The translations under genes and the position numbers were made by a program. A stretch of DNA of 64,000 nt from the human T2T-CHM13v2.0 reference genome, Homo sapiens, in NCBI RefSeq assembly GCF_009914755.1, contig NC_060933.1; one strand, written 5' to 3'. Shown here piece by piece: positions 45,313 through 59,075 of this stretch; within the stretch, counting starts at the first letter, position 1; each line of letters starts with the position of its first letter. Below the pieces are notes generated by a model. That model was not told the DNA's origin. It saw only the letters and a program-made list of their open reading frames with translations, and did not search any database.

Positions 45313-48148
45313 TCCCCGAAGCCTCCATAAATTAAAAATACAAATCGAGATAAAAATACAAAACATTTTGATTTCATTCTTTGCCTTCTATGCACATTAA
45401 AGGGTTTGGTTTAGACCAAGACCTGCAGTTCATTGTGATTCTATCAGCCAAAAAGCATGAGTCATGTTATGTAAAATATTCCACAGAACCATTGTTAACT
45501 GTGCAGTTCCATTACATGAAATCATTGGGCTCATTTTTCTTCTGAGACATGTTTACTATAGCTTATTGAACCCTGCTAAGAAAATTATAGATCATGATTC
45601 CCAAATCGGCGGAATGACCATTATGGTCTCATCCTCAATTCTGTTTGAATTTGGGGCATGGTAGTCCCTGGTCTGTAGTGAATAAAAAATGAAAAAGCTT
45701 CATGCTAAATTTTGTGTGTTGTTCTTGTGGCCACCTCTGAATTATGTTGTCTCAGGATTTGTAGTTGTCCTTCCCAGGTCAGAATCTGTCATTGTATTTC
45801 ATAAGCAGTGGCTAGGAGATCTAGGATAACCACTTCACTGTGCATCTCTTAGGACATCCAAGGATCCCTAAGAGGGTAGACTGGAGTGGCAGAATATCCT
45901 CACAGTTCGAATTTACTTTGGGCATCTTCCTAAAATCAACCACTTTTGTCAAAATGCCCTCCCCAAATGCTCTGCCACTTGATGCCTTTGCCCATGCTGT
46001 ATGTCTTGGAGCACCACTTTTCCCTTTCATTCTGAGAGATGCCCTTCAAGTTCACTGAGAATGTCAATTCCCTAATTTTAGCTTTCCCTGGTCCCTTCAT
46101 CCCCTAGGAAGGGCAGGACTAATTACTCCATATATATATATGTATGTATATTATATACACACACACACACAGATTCTGTGTGAGGCACTGAGGATTCAAA
46201 GATGAATGGAAGTTTCTTCTTCCCCACCCTTTCCTATCTCATATCTCAGGCTCACAGTTCTGGGAGACAAGCAAAAATTCAGCAGTGTGACTAATGCTAT
46301 GTATCAGATGATGGAACTGCAGAGATGGAAGCTGTTTATAGAGTATTTTGATTATGCATCTGCCCTAGCACTTGCACTGTATTGCAGTTTATTTGTGTAA
46401 CCGTCTTCTAGACTAGACTGTGCTTCTTAAGGTCAGGGACTGCATTTTACTCATCTCTGGGTCACCAGCACTTGGAGAGCTTCCCATATGCTAGCCGTCT
46501 GTATTATGAATCCAGAGATGAAAGATGTGGTCCCTATGCTTAAGGAACTTTTCTCTTGGTGGAGGAGATAGACACATCATGTTCAGATTTCAGAAAGGAT
46601 GATAGGGGAACATAGAGGAAAAATATCTCACAATCTGGGGAAATGCTGTCGGGGAAAATTAGAGAAAGTGTTGCTTAACTTGGCATTTGAAGGCCATTTG
46701 AGTCAAGAATAGAATTCAAGGCAAGATGCAGCTAGAGAGATTGTATGAGGGTGTTCTGAGATTTATGTCAAAGGCCATAGAGAGCCATTGAGAGATTTTA
46801 AAGGATGTCCTATTAACAGACCAGAGGCAGATGGACCAGTTGGTAGGGGCCTTGAATTTTTCCAGGTAAGAGGAGTACCTGACGTAAAGCAGTAACTGAG
46901 CTATGGAGGGGTCAGCTTGACTGCGGGTTGTGATGAGAACAAATGACTGCCAGGTTTCTGAGTTGGGTAAGTCGCAAGTGGTGCCAGTCACTGGGACAGG
47001 AAATATAAGACTATTCTAAGACAGCGCTCTCCTGATGCTTCTGTCTCTCCTCTGACAGCCTTCGTTACTCATCCCTCAGTGTGGCTGAGGAACAAAGGGG
47101 AACTATGCCCATACTCCAGAAGCTCCCCCACTAGAGGTCTGCCCATTCCAGCCATTGTGGCTTCTACCTATGCGTGAAGAAGCCTCCTTTGAAGGGACCC
47201 TTTTCTGGCTGTAGCAGGTGCCTTGCCATCTCCACCAAGATGCGAAAGTCCTTGGGAAGCAGAACTGCCTTGCAGATCTAAGGCCATTGTGAAAGCTGCT
47301 TTCCCATCTGTGTCTTTGCTCAAGGCCAGATTTCTGTTTGTTTCTGTTTGTGTGGTCCAAAGAAAGGCTACTTCTGATTCTTAGAATACATTGTCATTTT
47401 CTAATCTCATTTTTTGTTGCGCACCTGAGGATTCCAGACAAAGCTGTGCTTTATTCCATCTGACATCACAATAACAGTTGCTGTGACCAGCTGCATAGGT
47501 CAGGGCGAATTGCCCAGGTTCATGTAGCTTCTCCAGTCAGCTGCCATGGTGGCAGCAAGAGCCTTGATCTCATTGCGGGTACTTGTTTTCAAATTTAATC
47601 CCTCCATGTCTGTCATATTAGATATGAGTCATGGCATCAAAAATGTATCAGGGGTTCAAGGTGGGTTTGATGCAACCCATTCTTCCCCTCCAAGTTTCTG
47701 GCTTATGGAGAGTTCATACAAGGATTGTCAGGAAAATGGAGAACACCTTTATTACAACCTGAGCATGTGTTCAATAAATCCCCCCAAAGTAGGGCATTTA
47801 GTAAATTCAGCTGGCGAATGTGGCTTAGGCCCTCCCTGGGACCTGCATGCTCTGATGTGGTGGCAGGTAAGCAAGGTTTACAGAGCAGGAGCAGAGTCCA
47901 TTTTCTCAGCTAGCAGTGAAGCCTGCAGGCTGGCTTACATCCTCAGCCAGGGAGAGCAGTGGGGATGGAGTGCCTTCTCTCTGTGGTCACCTCCAACTCA
48001 AGTGAGCAGGTAGCAAGGAGAGGGGAGGTTGAGAGGCCAGGGCCTCTGGGTCAGAACATGGGGTCCAGTTTGAAGCCACAGCCTCGTTTACACTTCTCAG
48101 GCCTACTATGCAGAGTTAAACAGAGCCCACCGAACCTAGCTTCTCCAT

Positions 48149-48340
48149 GTTGAGCATCCCTAATCCAAAAATCCGAAAACTGAAATGCTCCTAAATCCAA
48201 AACTTCTTGAGTGCAGACAAGACACTTTAAGGAAATGCTCAACCTGTATAATGCCAGATTTTAAAATCCAAAAAAATACCTGAAACACTTCTCCCAAATA
48301 CTTGTTCCCAAGCATTCAGTTACAGGATACTCAGCCTGTA
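48149..48340. mobile_element. Tigger4/MER46-like Tc1-mariner MITE
   Basis: gttgagcatccctaatccaaaaatccgaaaactgaaatgctcc...ggatactcagcctgta. Confidence 0.7.
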
Positions 48341-49995
48341 GTGCTTCTGAGGCCTGTTGTGGACACACTGAATTGAGGTATGTGTATCTTCAGCGGGGAC
48401 TAAGTGAGGACCAAGTGGAAGGTAGGCAAGTTGGATATTACAGATCCCAGCCCAGAGATGAAGGCTGGATAACACATTTGTTGAAGTATAGGTAAGTGCA
48501 ATTGTGAGTTTTCATGCAGTTTGAAAGGAGTGGATAAAGATCTTTTATTTGTCAAACTTCTAAAATATTCTTCTGAACAATTGTTCTTGGGCTCTTATTT
48601 CAAAAATTATATTCTGCCGATCAGTCTGTGACTGTCATTACCTTTGAAAGGGCAAACAGTCTCTATCCTCATTCTGGTTTCCAGCCCCTGACAGAATCAC
48701 TTTAAGAGGAACATTACATATTGTTCTAAGCTGAAATTTAGAACTACAATGAGCACCCCAGTCTGAAGAGTTTGGCTCAGTTTGTTACTGTGAATCCATT
48801 GAGGTGTTACTCCTGGCTGAAGTTTGCTTAGTATTATAAGGCAGCCAAGGTCTCCTAATAATGTCATGGGCCAATATTCATAACTTACCAGGGTCTAACT
48901 AGGCTTTTTATCTGAACAGGCTTTAAATTCTTAACAAACTCTGGTTATGTAAATATGTTGTTTTAGGGTAAAATAAAATCATTGAAATGAGTGTATCACT
49001 TTAATTGTATTAGCACCTTTCAAGTGGCCACATTTGTTTGGACAGTTTCCATAAGGAGAAGAAATAAATTAACAGAATTATGCATGGGATGTGTTCCTTT
49101 CTAGTTGAAAGCAATAGAGAAGATTTCAGAGGGAAACATTCATATGCTGTCAGCTGCCAAGAAATAGGACTATGTTTTCTTTAACAGGAGAGAAAATATC
49201 TCAATAAATCATAAGTTGTAGATTTATTAGGAAAATGCACCAACATATTCTCTGCTTGAAACTCATACATCTTACATAAAAGGAAATCATCAGCATTTCA
49301 GACACACCTTTATTGGAGGGTAAAATCACTTAAGATTTGCTAGTTGCCTATTTTTTTTTAAATCATCTTTTCCAGCGATAATCTGCTAAAGCATCCTTCC
49401 ACCCTCTTTGTTCTCCAGAATGCCAGCCCCTCTCAAGGTAGAGGAGCTGGAGAAGCCTGCACTGGGCCGGGTCCAAGGAAGCCTGTGATTTACTCCTGTG
49501 GCTTGATGAGACCAAGTCATGTGCATATGGTGGATTATTTTTCCTGACTTTGTCTCAAAATTTTGTGTAGAAAGGATGACGATTATTAGATTTTTCCAGG
49601 GGCTTGAGGTATAGGAATGGGGAAAATGTATATGGAAATCATGAAACTGAATTATGAGTTTTGGCAAAAAAAAAAAAAATTCTCAACTGTGAATTAAAGG
49701 TCAAAGGCAAGGACACTGTAAATTGTGCACGAGGAGGAATCTGGAGAAGGGTAACCTGTGGCCTTTGTTGTCATTGAGGACAAAGCAATATAAAATGCAA
49801 AAGAAAATGGGTTTAAATGCAGGAGAAGGGAATCGGGTTAATCACAAAGAAAGGCTTCTACTCCAGAAACATTTCCATCTGGAAGTTCTAAGAACTGAAT
49901 GAACAATCTTGTATTTGGAGGCAGAGTAGTAAATGAAGTGCCTAGAGAGAAATGCTGCATGCATCGTGTTTCTGTTGTTTCACAGTTTTTCATAG

Positions 49996-50670
<675 letters not shown>

Positions 50671-52985
50671 CAAATATCTCTCTCTTTGTAAAGCCTTTTA
50701 AAATTGTGTGTGCATTCTCTCTGAGATTCTGTAAGTGCAAAGGACTTACTGTGTTTCTCATTAATAAGATAATAGGTATTTAATAAGTATCTACTGAATG
50801 AAAACAAATGAATGCCTCTTTGAACTATGGCCTCTTCTCTGAATATCTTTGAATTAGGATCATTTATTTGATGAGTATTTTTTTGAGCACCTCATGTAAG
50901 CCTGGCACTCTTCTGGGAGTAAAGTAGTGAACAGAGCCCTTGCTTTCAGAGATTCCAGAGAAAGACTAGTAACTAGCAAATATAGTTATGTTAGGTGGTG
51001 ATAAGTGCTGTGAAGAAGAAGTCAGGTAAGGGGGCAGGGCATTATGAGTGGGGGTGGTGCAGGCTGCCACTATTTTAGAAAGGGTGTCTGGGAAGGCCTC
51101 TGGTAAGGTGACCAGAATGTTTGAATCTGATAGTCAATCATTCAGGTGTTTCTAGGAAGAGTTTCAGTTGTGTTCAGGAGACAGTGTGGTTGAAATGGGT
51201 GAGGTGGGAAATGTGGGAGCAGTGGGGTGTCACAGGCTGTTCTAAGGACTTTGGGTTTTACTCTGAATAAGAAGGGGACCCATGGGAACGTGTTAATAAG
51301 AACGACATGATCCAATTTATTGTATTTATACTCATTGAAAAAATCCAGCCATTGTGTTCATACAAAAAGCTAACTACAGTTCCTGCCTTAGTTTACACTG
51401 CAAAGGAAATCACCCAAACTCCCAAGAGTTTTCCATTCCATGTCCGCTCCCCAAGCCTCACTGCAGCTCAAGGCTGACATCTAGTGGATATTTTCATAAT
51501 TGTTTATGCACAGGCAGTTTGGAACCTATCCACTGTTGATTAAGAATAGAGGGGGAGGTTTAACATAGAAAATGACAAACTGGATGATTAGTAGAATACT
51601 ATAGTGGATTTGCCTCTGTTTTTCTTTGGCTCTTATTCAGGTAAATTTACATTTATCTAGCATATATTAGCATGTATTAATTAGAACTGGGTTCAGCTGC
51701 CAGAGATTAGAGCATCAAAATCATGGGTTGGTAAGGAGGAGAAAAAGTATCAGGTGGGATGAGCCAGGAGAAAGTGTCCTGGTTCTAGTGGTGGCCCTCA
51801 AAAGGTAGCTGTGGTTTGTTGTATGGTGTTAAGGGTGTGTGTATTCCAAACCTGTGCTTGCGTCAGGTTGGCATTGATTTACAAAGGGAGTCTACTGCGA
51901 AGGGCATGGTGGAATGAAGTTGAAGGCAGCATGGAGATACTGAAAGTTGTGAAGTTGAGTGTTTCCAAAAGCTTAGGTGGGGTATTTCAATGTACAATCA
52001 AGAGCTTTAGCTTTATAACTGGAAAATTGGCTTGTGTCTGCCATTTACTGACTGTGAGAACTTGGGCAAATTATATTATCTGAACCCAGTTTCTAAATAG
52101 TACCCACCTAAAGGTGTTATATTAAGCCAGATATTTTATGGAAAGCACTTAGCAAACTTAGCATTTAGTAAGCAGTCAAAAATAGGTGTTATTGTTTAGA
52201 GGGACTACAAGTAGCCTCTAGAGATAGAGAAGGAGGCTATTGTAATAGTGGTATCTGCATTGCATTTTTTTTTTTGCCCCTAGCATTTAACATTAACAGA
52301 ATTTAACTTGAAACCATTTTGTAGATGTATATGATCCATTTTATCGACTTTGATTGTGGGCAGTTGCATATTCTGCTTAACTAAGACATAGCATTTTTAC
52401 TACACAGAGATCACAATCATCCAGTGGCTTTCATAACTTTTAGGAAAAAAAGGCTCAAATATGAGCTCTGCAAGATCTGGCTCCTGCGTGCCTAACTTCA
52501 TCCTCATCTCTTATTCTTCCTCCTCAGTTTCTGCATTCCAGAGACTGGCCTCTCAGGTCCTCCAATGCCTTATCCCACCTGTCTTAGGACCTTTGCATAG
52601 GCAATTCCATTTGCCTGTCCACACTCTTCCCACTCCCCTCCCAACCAACTAAGAATACACCTAGTTAACTTCTATTCATCTTTCAGATTCCATTGAAAAT
52701 GATACTTCTTCAGGAAAGCTTTCCCTGCCTCTACGTCACTCCCTGACAGGGAAAGCCTCCCCTGTTACACAATAAGAACACTTATTGTAGTTTAAAAATA
52801 TATATTTAGGTGGTTATTCACTCAGCTAGATTGTAAACCTCTTGAGCACTGGCACCGTGTCTGCTCAGCCCATTGCTCTGTCCCTGCCATGGTGCCTCAG
52901 ATAGAGTAGTCTGAAAAGGGAGGGATTTTATTTGAAAGTTAAAATGTAGAAATAGATAAAACACTTGGTGACCGAGTATGAGGGA

Positions 52986-53410
52986 TGTAGTGGGTTCTAT
53001 GGTGACAATCACATTCCCTCTAAGACTTGGCACTCATCCCTCCAGATGCTGGGAGTTTTGACGGCTGATGGCTCTCGCCCAAGTCTGTCTCCAGGAATTG
53101 CCCTCAGCAGAGAAAGCCACCTCACCCAAGGTCATGCCCCCTCCTGAGAGCAGCCCACATTGAGTGACGGGTTGACTGAGGGATATGTGTGTGGCTTCTG
53201 GCTTCAGCGTGGAACAGCTCTGAAGGACCTTCCTGGGTCCAGAGCTTGCCATAGCATTGGCTGAGGCCCCGGTTTAAACCTCACTAAGTGTTCAACTCCT
53301 TGTCTCTGTCCTTCATCCTTCAGCCCTCACAGGTGCTGTTCATGAGAGCATCACTCAATAAGCCACCTACAATATCTCTGAGTCTGTTTCCTAGGGAAGC
53401 CAGCCCACAG
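52986..53410 (+). mobile_element. ERVL-class solo LTR (LTR16/LTR33-like)
   Basis: tgtagtggg start; caataagccacc...ctctgagtctgtttcctagggaagcc 3' end. Confidence 0.55.
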
Positions 53411-54239
53411 CTGGGCATGATGGAGAGGGAGGAGTCTAAGGTGGCTCCTGGATTTCTGGCTTGAGACAGCACATGATGTTATCCAGTGAGAAGAGGGACA
53501 AAGAAGAAAGTGTACAGAAGTTGAAGCAGGTTTGCTGGAAAAGATATGTTTTGGGGGTGCTAAGTCTGAGGTGCCTGTGGGATAGCCAGGAGTTTGAAGC
53601 TCAGAGGAAAGATCTAGACTAGAGGTACAGATTTGGGAGTCATCAGCAAGGCAAAAACAATGGCATTAAGGAGATCTTCACCCCATAAAAGTGTGGAGTG
53701 TGAAAAAAAAACAACTAACCAGGAAGCATGTGTGTGGGAGCCAACAGAAATGGGCAGGGGAAGGAAGACACACTTCTGGCAAATATAGTGATCAGAGAGT
53801 TTGGAAAACCGGGAGTGTGAGCATTGTGGATGACAGAGGGATTTGCAGCAGTTTCAGATAGATGTGTCAGGAGCTGCAGAGAGAGCAGCATGGAAAAGTG
53901 TTCATTGGGGTGCATGACAAGGTCGCTGAGGACCTTGCTGAGAGCAGTTTGAGTGGAGTGGGTAGAAGCAGCCAGATTCCAGTGAGTTGGGGAGATGGGG
54001 TGGGAGGAGAAGAGACAAATGTGATAACCTTTGATAACGCTCATGAGATGGGGACAGGAGAGGTAGGTAGGGACAGAGCACAGAAAACAGGAGGGTATTT
54101 GTAAATGATGGGGGAGATGAGCTGAAGGAGAAGGCCCAGCCAAGAAGGGGTAAAGCGAAGGCCGCAGGTGTGGCAACTGGTTAAAATTCTTGAGCAGGTG
54201 GAAGAAGACTGAGCAAACAAAATTAATCCTGGAGAGGAA

Positions 54240-54770
54240 GAACCAAATCTCAGGCGCCAGAAGTGACGGAAGCAGGTAACAACAGCCACAATTTATTATG
54301 CTCTTTATTTAAGGCAAGGAACTTTAAGTACTTTAACCCTCACAACAAATCTACTCTCGAATACCACGCACCTGGCCGGAGCTGGTGGGGCTGCGGAGGC
54401 CTGGCCTCTCTCCCTGGAGCCCCGCCCAGTCCCCAGGTAGGCGGGGGAGCGTACGCTTCCGGCAGGACAGGGTGGTTCCAGAACCCACCGCTCGCTCTCT
54501 TGAAACCGGCTCCGCAGGCAGGAGGAGGGAATTTTGCATTTCCCGCAGTAAGCGCGCCGGGGCCGGGGAGGAGCCACATGAAAAGCGCTAATGGCGTAAC
54601 GCATGCGCGCCGCGGAGAGCCGGTGCAGAGCCGGCGCAGGCGCCGAGGTCTGCGGGGCGGGTGTTCTCTTCCCGTCTCCGTCAGCATCCAGGTTCAGCGC
54701 CCGGCTTGAGTCCGGTTTGTTTTGTAGGAATTCCTGTTAATTCCTGTCGCAGTCTAGCCGTCTACCAATA
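54240..54770. promoter_or_regulatory. CpG island / promoter-like element with no adjacent protein-coding gene
   Basis: about 36 CpG in 54361-54720 by manual count; NRF1-like CGCATGCGCG 54600, ETS CGGAAG 54267 and CTTCCGG 54456, GC boxes 54421 and 54654, E2F-like TTTCCCGC 54539, CCAAT ~54764. Confidence 0.85.
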
Positions 54771-56047
54771 GGAAATTTGTTAAAATATAGTGATGTACAT
54801 ATGATGGGCTATTTTCGCAGCTCCACTCACGCAAACCAGAAATGTAAATTATTCCCTTGTCTTGGTCTCCTTATAGTTGAAAAATTATTCTCTCCTGGCA
54901 CTGTTTTATTTATGGCTGGCGACTGAGCTGTTTAAGCTTTGCAGTTTCTGTCTCGTTGGTTGAATTAGACTTAGGAACAAATTGTCCATATGATGACAAG
55001 AGGGCAATGATGACTGAGTTTTTCCTGGGCCAAGCGGGTCAGTGGTAGGGAGTTGGCTACTTGGAAAAAAATTCTCCTTAAGACACTTCCTCTCGAAGGT
55101 GAGAGCTCAGCAGAAGGGGATTGGGGCCTCACTGTCAGATGCGTAAGTTGAGGGGGTTGTCGTCAGGAGTCCGCTGGAGGGGAGGCATTGCTTGAGGAAA
55201 CTTTGAAAGGGCTCCACAAGAAAAAAAAATCAGCCTTCAGAATTTGCCACACCTGAAAGGCACCATTGTGCCTCCAGATTTCTTGGATGGGAATCAAACA
55301 GCAGTGCACTGCATCCCTTGGACTGCAAGCTCCCTGAGTGGTCCCTCAGAGGCCCTCTTTGGTAAGCTTGAGGTTAGAAGCAGGCCCCTCACACCACCTC
55401 CTTTGGTTGCGGGTTCAGCAGATCTCTCCAAAGGATCCTCACTTGACCTCTCTTCCCATCTCTATTCTTTGACCTCATATCTTCTTTATGGACAGATAAT
55501 GAATTCAAGGTTTTAGCCAAGTCCTGCTTTGCAAATCCACCAGGATGGTCTGTTTCACTACTGATTCTGAGATATGGATTCACACTTCCAAATGAGAAGA
55601 ATTTTAGTTTGGTACTGCAGCATTATGCAAACCAACCTACAAGCAGGCAACACTTTCATGGAACAAAAGAGCTTACTCAACTCTTAGAAACCACGACTAC
55701 CCCTACATTCAGATTTGTCGAAATCCTGGTTCCACCAACCAGCAGAACTCAATTCTAAGCGATTCTTTCTCAGCACACTTCCTATGTGTGCCATTATATT
55801 GAGAGAGCTGAATTCAGAGGAGTATCAGGAGAGGGAAACTGTTCTTTTCCCACTGACCATCTCAGGCATATTCTTACAACTTCTTTCGTCACTCTCAGAT
55901 AATAAAAATTCTTCTAGTTACTTTTAGACCCAAAGTAATCTTATTTGAGTTATGAAAATTCCAGTCCAATATCAAAATCATATAACAACTTTCTCTATCC
56001 AATTGTAAACTCTCCACCTTCAGTGAAGTCTTAAAAAAAACCATGCC

Positions 56048-56436
<389 letters not shown>

Positions 56437-57211
56437 CTAGAGGAAGCCATTCTAAACGCTTATTTTTGTGTTTAGTAAATTATAGTTGTTGATAAATTTA
56501 CGTTAACCCTGGCTTCTCAGTAGGAGCTCAGGTTCTGCCACTTGGCGATTTAATGTTTGGGAGACGTGAGAGATGACTCAGAGACATGCTGTGACATTTC
56601 ATCTCCTCACCTGGACTCCCCTCCACCCATTTTCTTGAGATAGCAGGTAGCTCGAAGGCCTGTATGAAGCCCCAAAAGGCCAGGATTGCTGGCTGTCAGC
56701 CAAAAGGCCTTATCACAAGCCATGCTCGCTGTTGTCTAGTAATTTTTTAGATCCAAAGGCCTGCCCTTGTGGGCCTGGCTTTGACAGTGTTTGTTTGCAT
56801 GGATTAGGGAGTGGCTTTTGTTGGAACTGATGTTCTTGTTAAGCCTGGCAAGTCTGTCTCTTGGGAGCAACACTACTCCTTTGCCTTTTGTATACAAAGA
56901 ATGGACTCCACACAGCTGGTGCTGCCAATCTCTTGTCTTACGACCCGTGTATGACAGCTGACTCTCCTTGGTCTCTTAGCCATACTTTTCGAGGCAGCTC
57001 TTCTGCAAGGTCAGTGAGCACAGGGACATAAGCCATGCTATTTGGTGTCCTTCCCATAATCCATTGGGAACTTGCTCATGTATTTGCTCCAGAACCTATA
57101 GGTTATTATCTCCTTTTCTTCCCTCTCCTGGGCTACTTAAGCACCCCCTAAGTGGTTTATTTGCATCCACTTTTACTCTTCTTCTAGAAAGCTCTCCATA
57201 TAAGAGGCCAA

Positions 57212-57919
57212 TGTTTACTGGTTATCAATTTATGGCCCCTCAGTTTCAAATCCACTCTGCATTGCCTTCTTTGGCTGGGCCCTTTAAATATGTTTCCTTT
57301 GCCACCTGGCATGTTGCTAAGCTTTGTCAGCAGAGGGCACTGGAGAGACACTGGAGGAGGAAGGAGTTTTCTCTCCTAGTTGGGCTGTATGGCTCTCTGG
57401 CTCTCTGCAGCCTCCTGCAGTGTGCATAGATTTCCCAGGGCCCACCTCCTGTGGGCAGCTTCACAGGTGCCAGGCTCCTAAGCCCAGCTCCTGTAGTGCA
57501 TCATGGCCAGCAGCACCCAGTGGCCAGAAGCTTCCTGTGGCATGCTCTTGGGCAGTTTCATTATGGAGTGTCTCTGGAGAGTTACCTCCTTTTGAATGGC
57601 TTTCCCTGGTACCCTAGAGGGTGCATTTTTCAGTAAGTTCCACCACTGAGACTTCTGTGTTGTCCAGTAAGCCACGGCCATGGCATCTCCAACAAGCTCC
57701 AGATCTCAGTAGGAGGCTCCTCCTTGGTTAGTGGCAGTTCCTTGTATCGGCTATGCTTGGAATTCTTTCTCTCTCTCGTCTCCAGTTTTCTTTATTTCCC
57801 ACAGACCATCCCTTGTGACTCCAATTTCCTGTTAAAAAGCTAATAATCTTTGATGTTAAATTTTCCCTGTTCAAATTGCTGCATAGTTTCTGTTTCCTGA
57901 TTGGACCCTGACTGATACA
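57212..57919 (+). mobile_element. LTR41-like ERVL solo LTR inserted in an L2
   Basis: tactggttatcaatttatggcccctcag start; cctgattggaccctgactgataca end. Confidence 0.7.
57325..57342 (+). promoter_or_regulatory. CTCF motif within an LTR41-like element
   Basis: TGTCAGCAGAGGGCACTG versus consensus CCASYAGRKGGCRS. Confidence 0.6.
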
Positions 57920-58522
57920 GGGTGTGATCTTTTTTGAAATGTAAACCTGATTCTGTCACTCTGCCTTGCATAAACTGTTTTATAGGTTCACTCTGATTAT
58001 GGGATAAATAAAAAACACCTCCTTTCATGCCTTCTGAGGCCCTGCACCATCTGGCCCCTCTTTACCTCCTGGCCTTATCTCATACCAGAGTCCCCCCTAG
58101 CTTTTCTCCACCACATGGTTTTTACAGTTACTGCTTCTCTCTCTGGAGTCATCTTCTCTCACTTGTTCACCTGGCAAATCCCTACTCATCTCAGACCTCA
58201 GTTGAATCGTCTTATTCTCAGGGATGTCTTCTCCACCTTTCCTGCCTAGGCTGAATCCACTTTATCCACTTTCCAAGCATGATGGACAGCTCCTTCAGAC
58301 CATTTTTCACAGCTGTAATTTTATATATGTTCGTGTAATTTTTCGGATTAATATCTATCTTTTCTTCTACAGTTGTAAGCTCCCTGAGGGCAAGGGACTA
58401 TTGCTTTCTTGCCTCCCTGTAGAGCCCCTGTGTCTAGCATATGTTACAAAGAGCCTGTTACAAAGCAGGTATTCCAGCTTGTTCCAGTCTTGGTCCAGTG
58501 ATTTTCCTGTCCATATTCCAAT

Positions 58523-58541
58523 TTGCCACAAGATGGCAGGC
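58523..58541 (+). promoter_or_regulatory. CTCF motif
   Basis: TTGCCACAAGATGGCAGGC, near-perfect CCACnAGRTGGCAG core. Confidence 0.7.
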
Positions 58542-59075
58542 TAAGCTACTCTGGTACTTGATATCCTTTGAGAAAGAAGTGGCACTTCAGGTTAAAATGC
58601 CTTTGAGTCGGGAGATCTCTTTGAAGTGAGTGTGATTGAGTCACTTAATACAGAAGACTTCTCTGAAAACATCCTCTGCATCTTCACTTCTTCACTGACC
58701 CAGAGGAACTGTATGGAATACTGTCAAGCAAGACAGCTTCTCTTCTGCTTGCTTGAGAGGCTACTGCATGATTTAGGAAACAGTTTTAGGGAAAGCACAA
58801 GAACCCTGTGCTCTGAAAATAGGGACACATAGGGAATATAATATTCACTGCTCTTTGTCTCACACTTTGTTTTGTCACTTTGTGACACTTTGTGTCACAC
58901 ACAGTTTTTGAACTGTGAGTTCTAAAAGAAAGGCCTAGAGAAAGAGGTCAGCAAACAATGGCCCTAGGGCTAAATTTCTCTCTCTACCTGCTTTTGTGAA
59001 TGAAGTTTAATCGGCACACAGCCATGCCCATTTGTTGGCATATCTTAAGTCTTTTGCACAACTATGAATAATTAT

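Noticed and set aside
47128-47140. CTCF-like CCACTAGAGGTCT
   Set aside because: Mismatches in the GGCR core; isolated and too weak to call
54263-54709. ORFs of 62-148 aa on both strands of the CpG island
   Set aside because: Expected from stop-codon scarcity in GC-rich DNA; low-complexity Arg/Pro/Gly content, mostly non-ATG starts, no recognisable homology
55244-55927. Possible processed pseudogene downstream of the CpG island
   Set aside because: No recognisable protein similarity in the listed frames, and no TSD or poly(A) tail found
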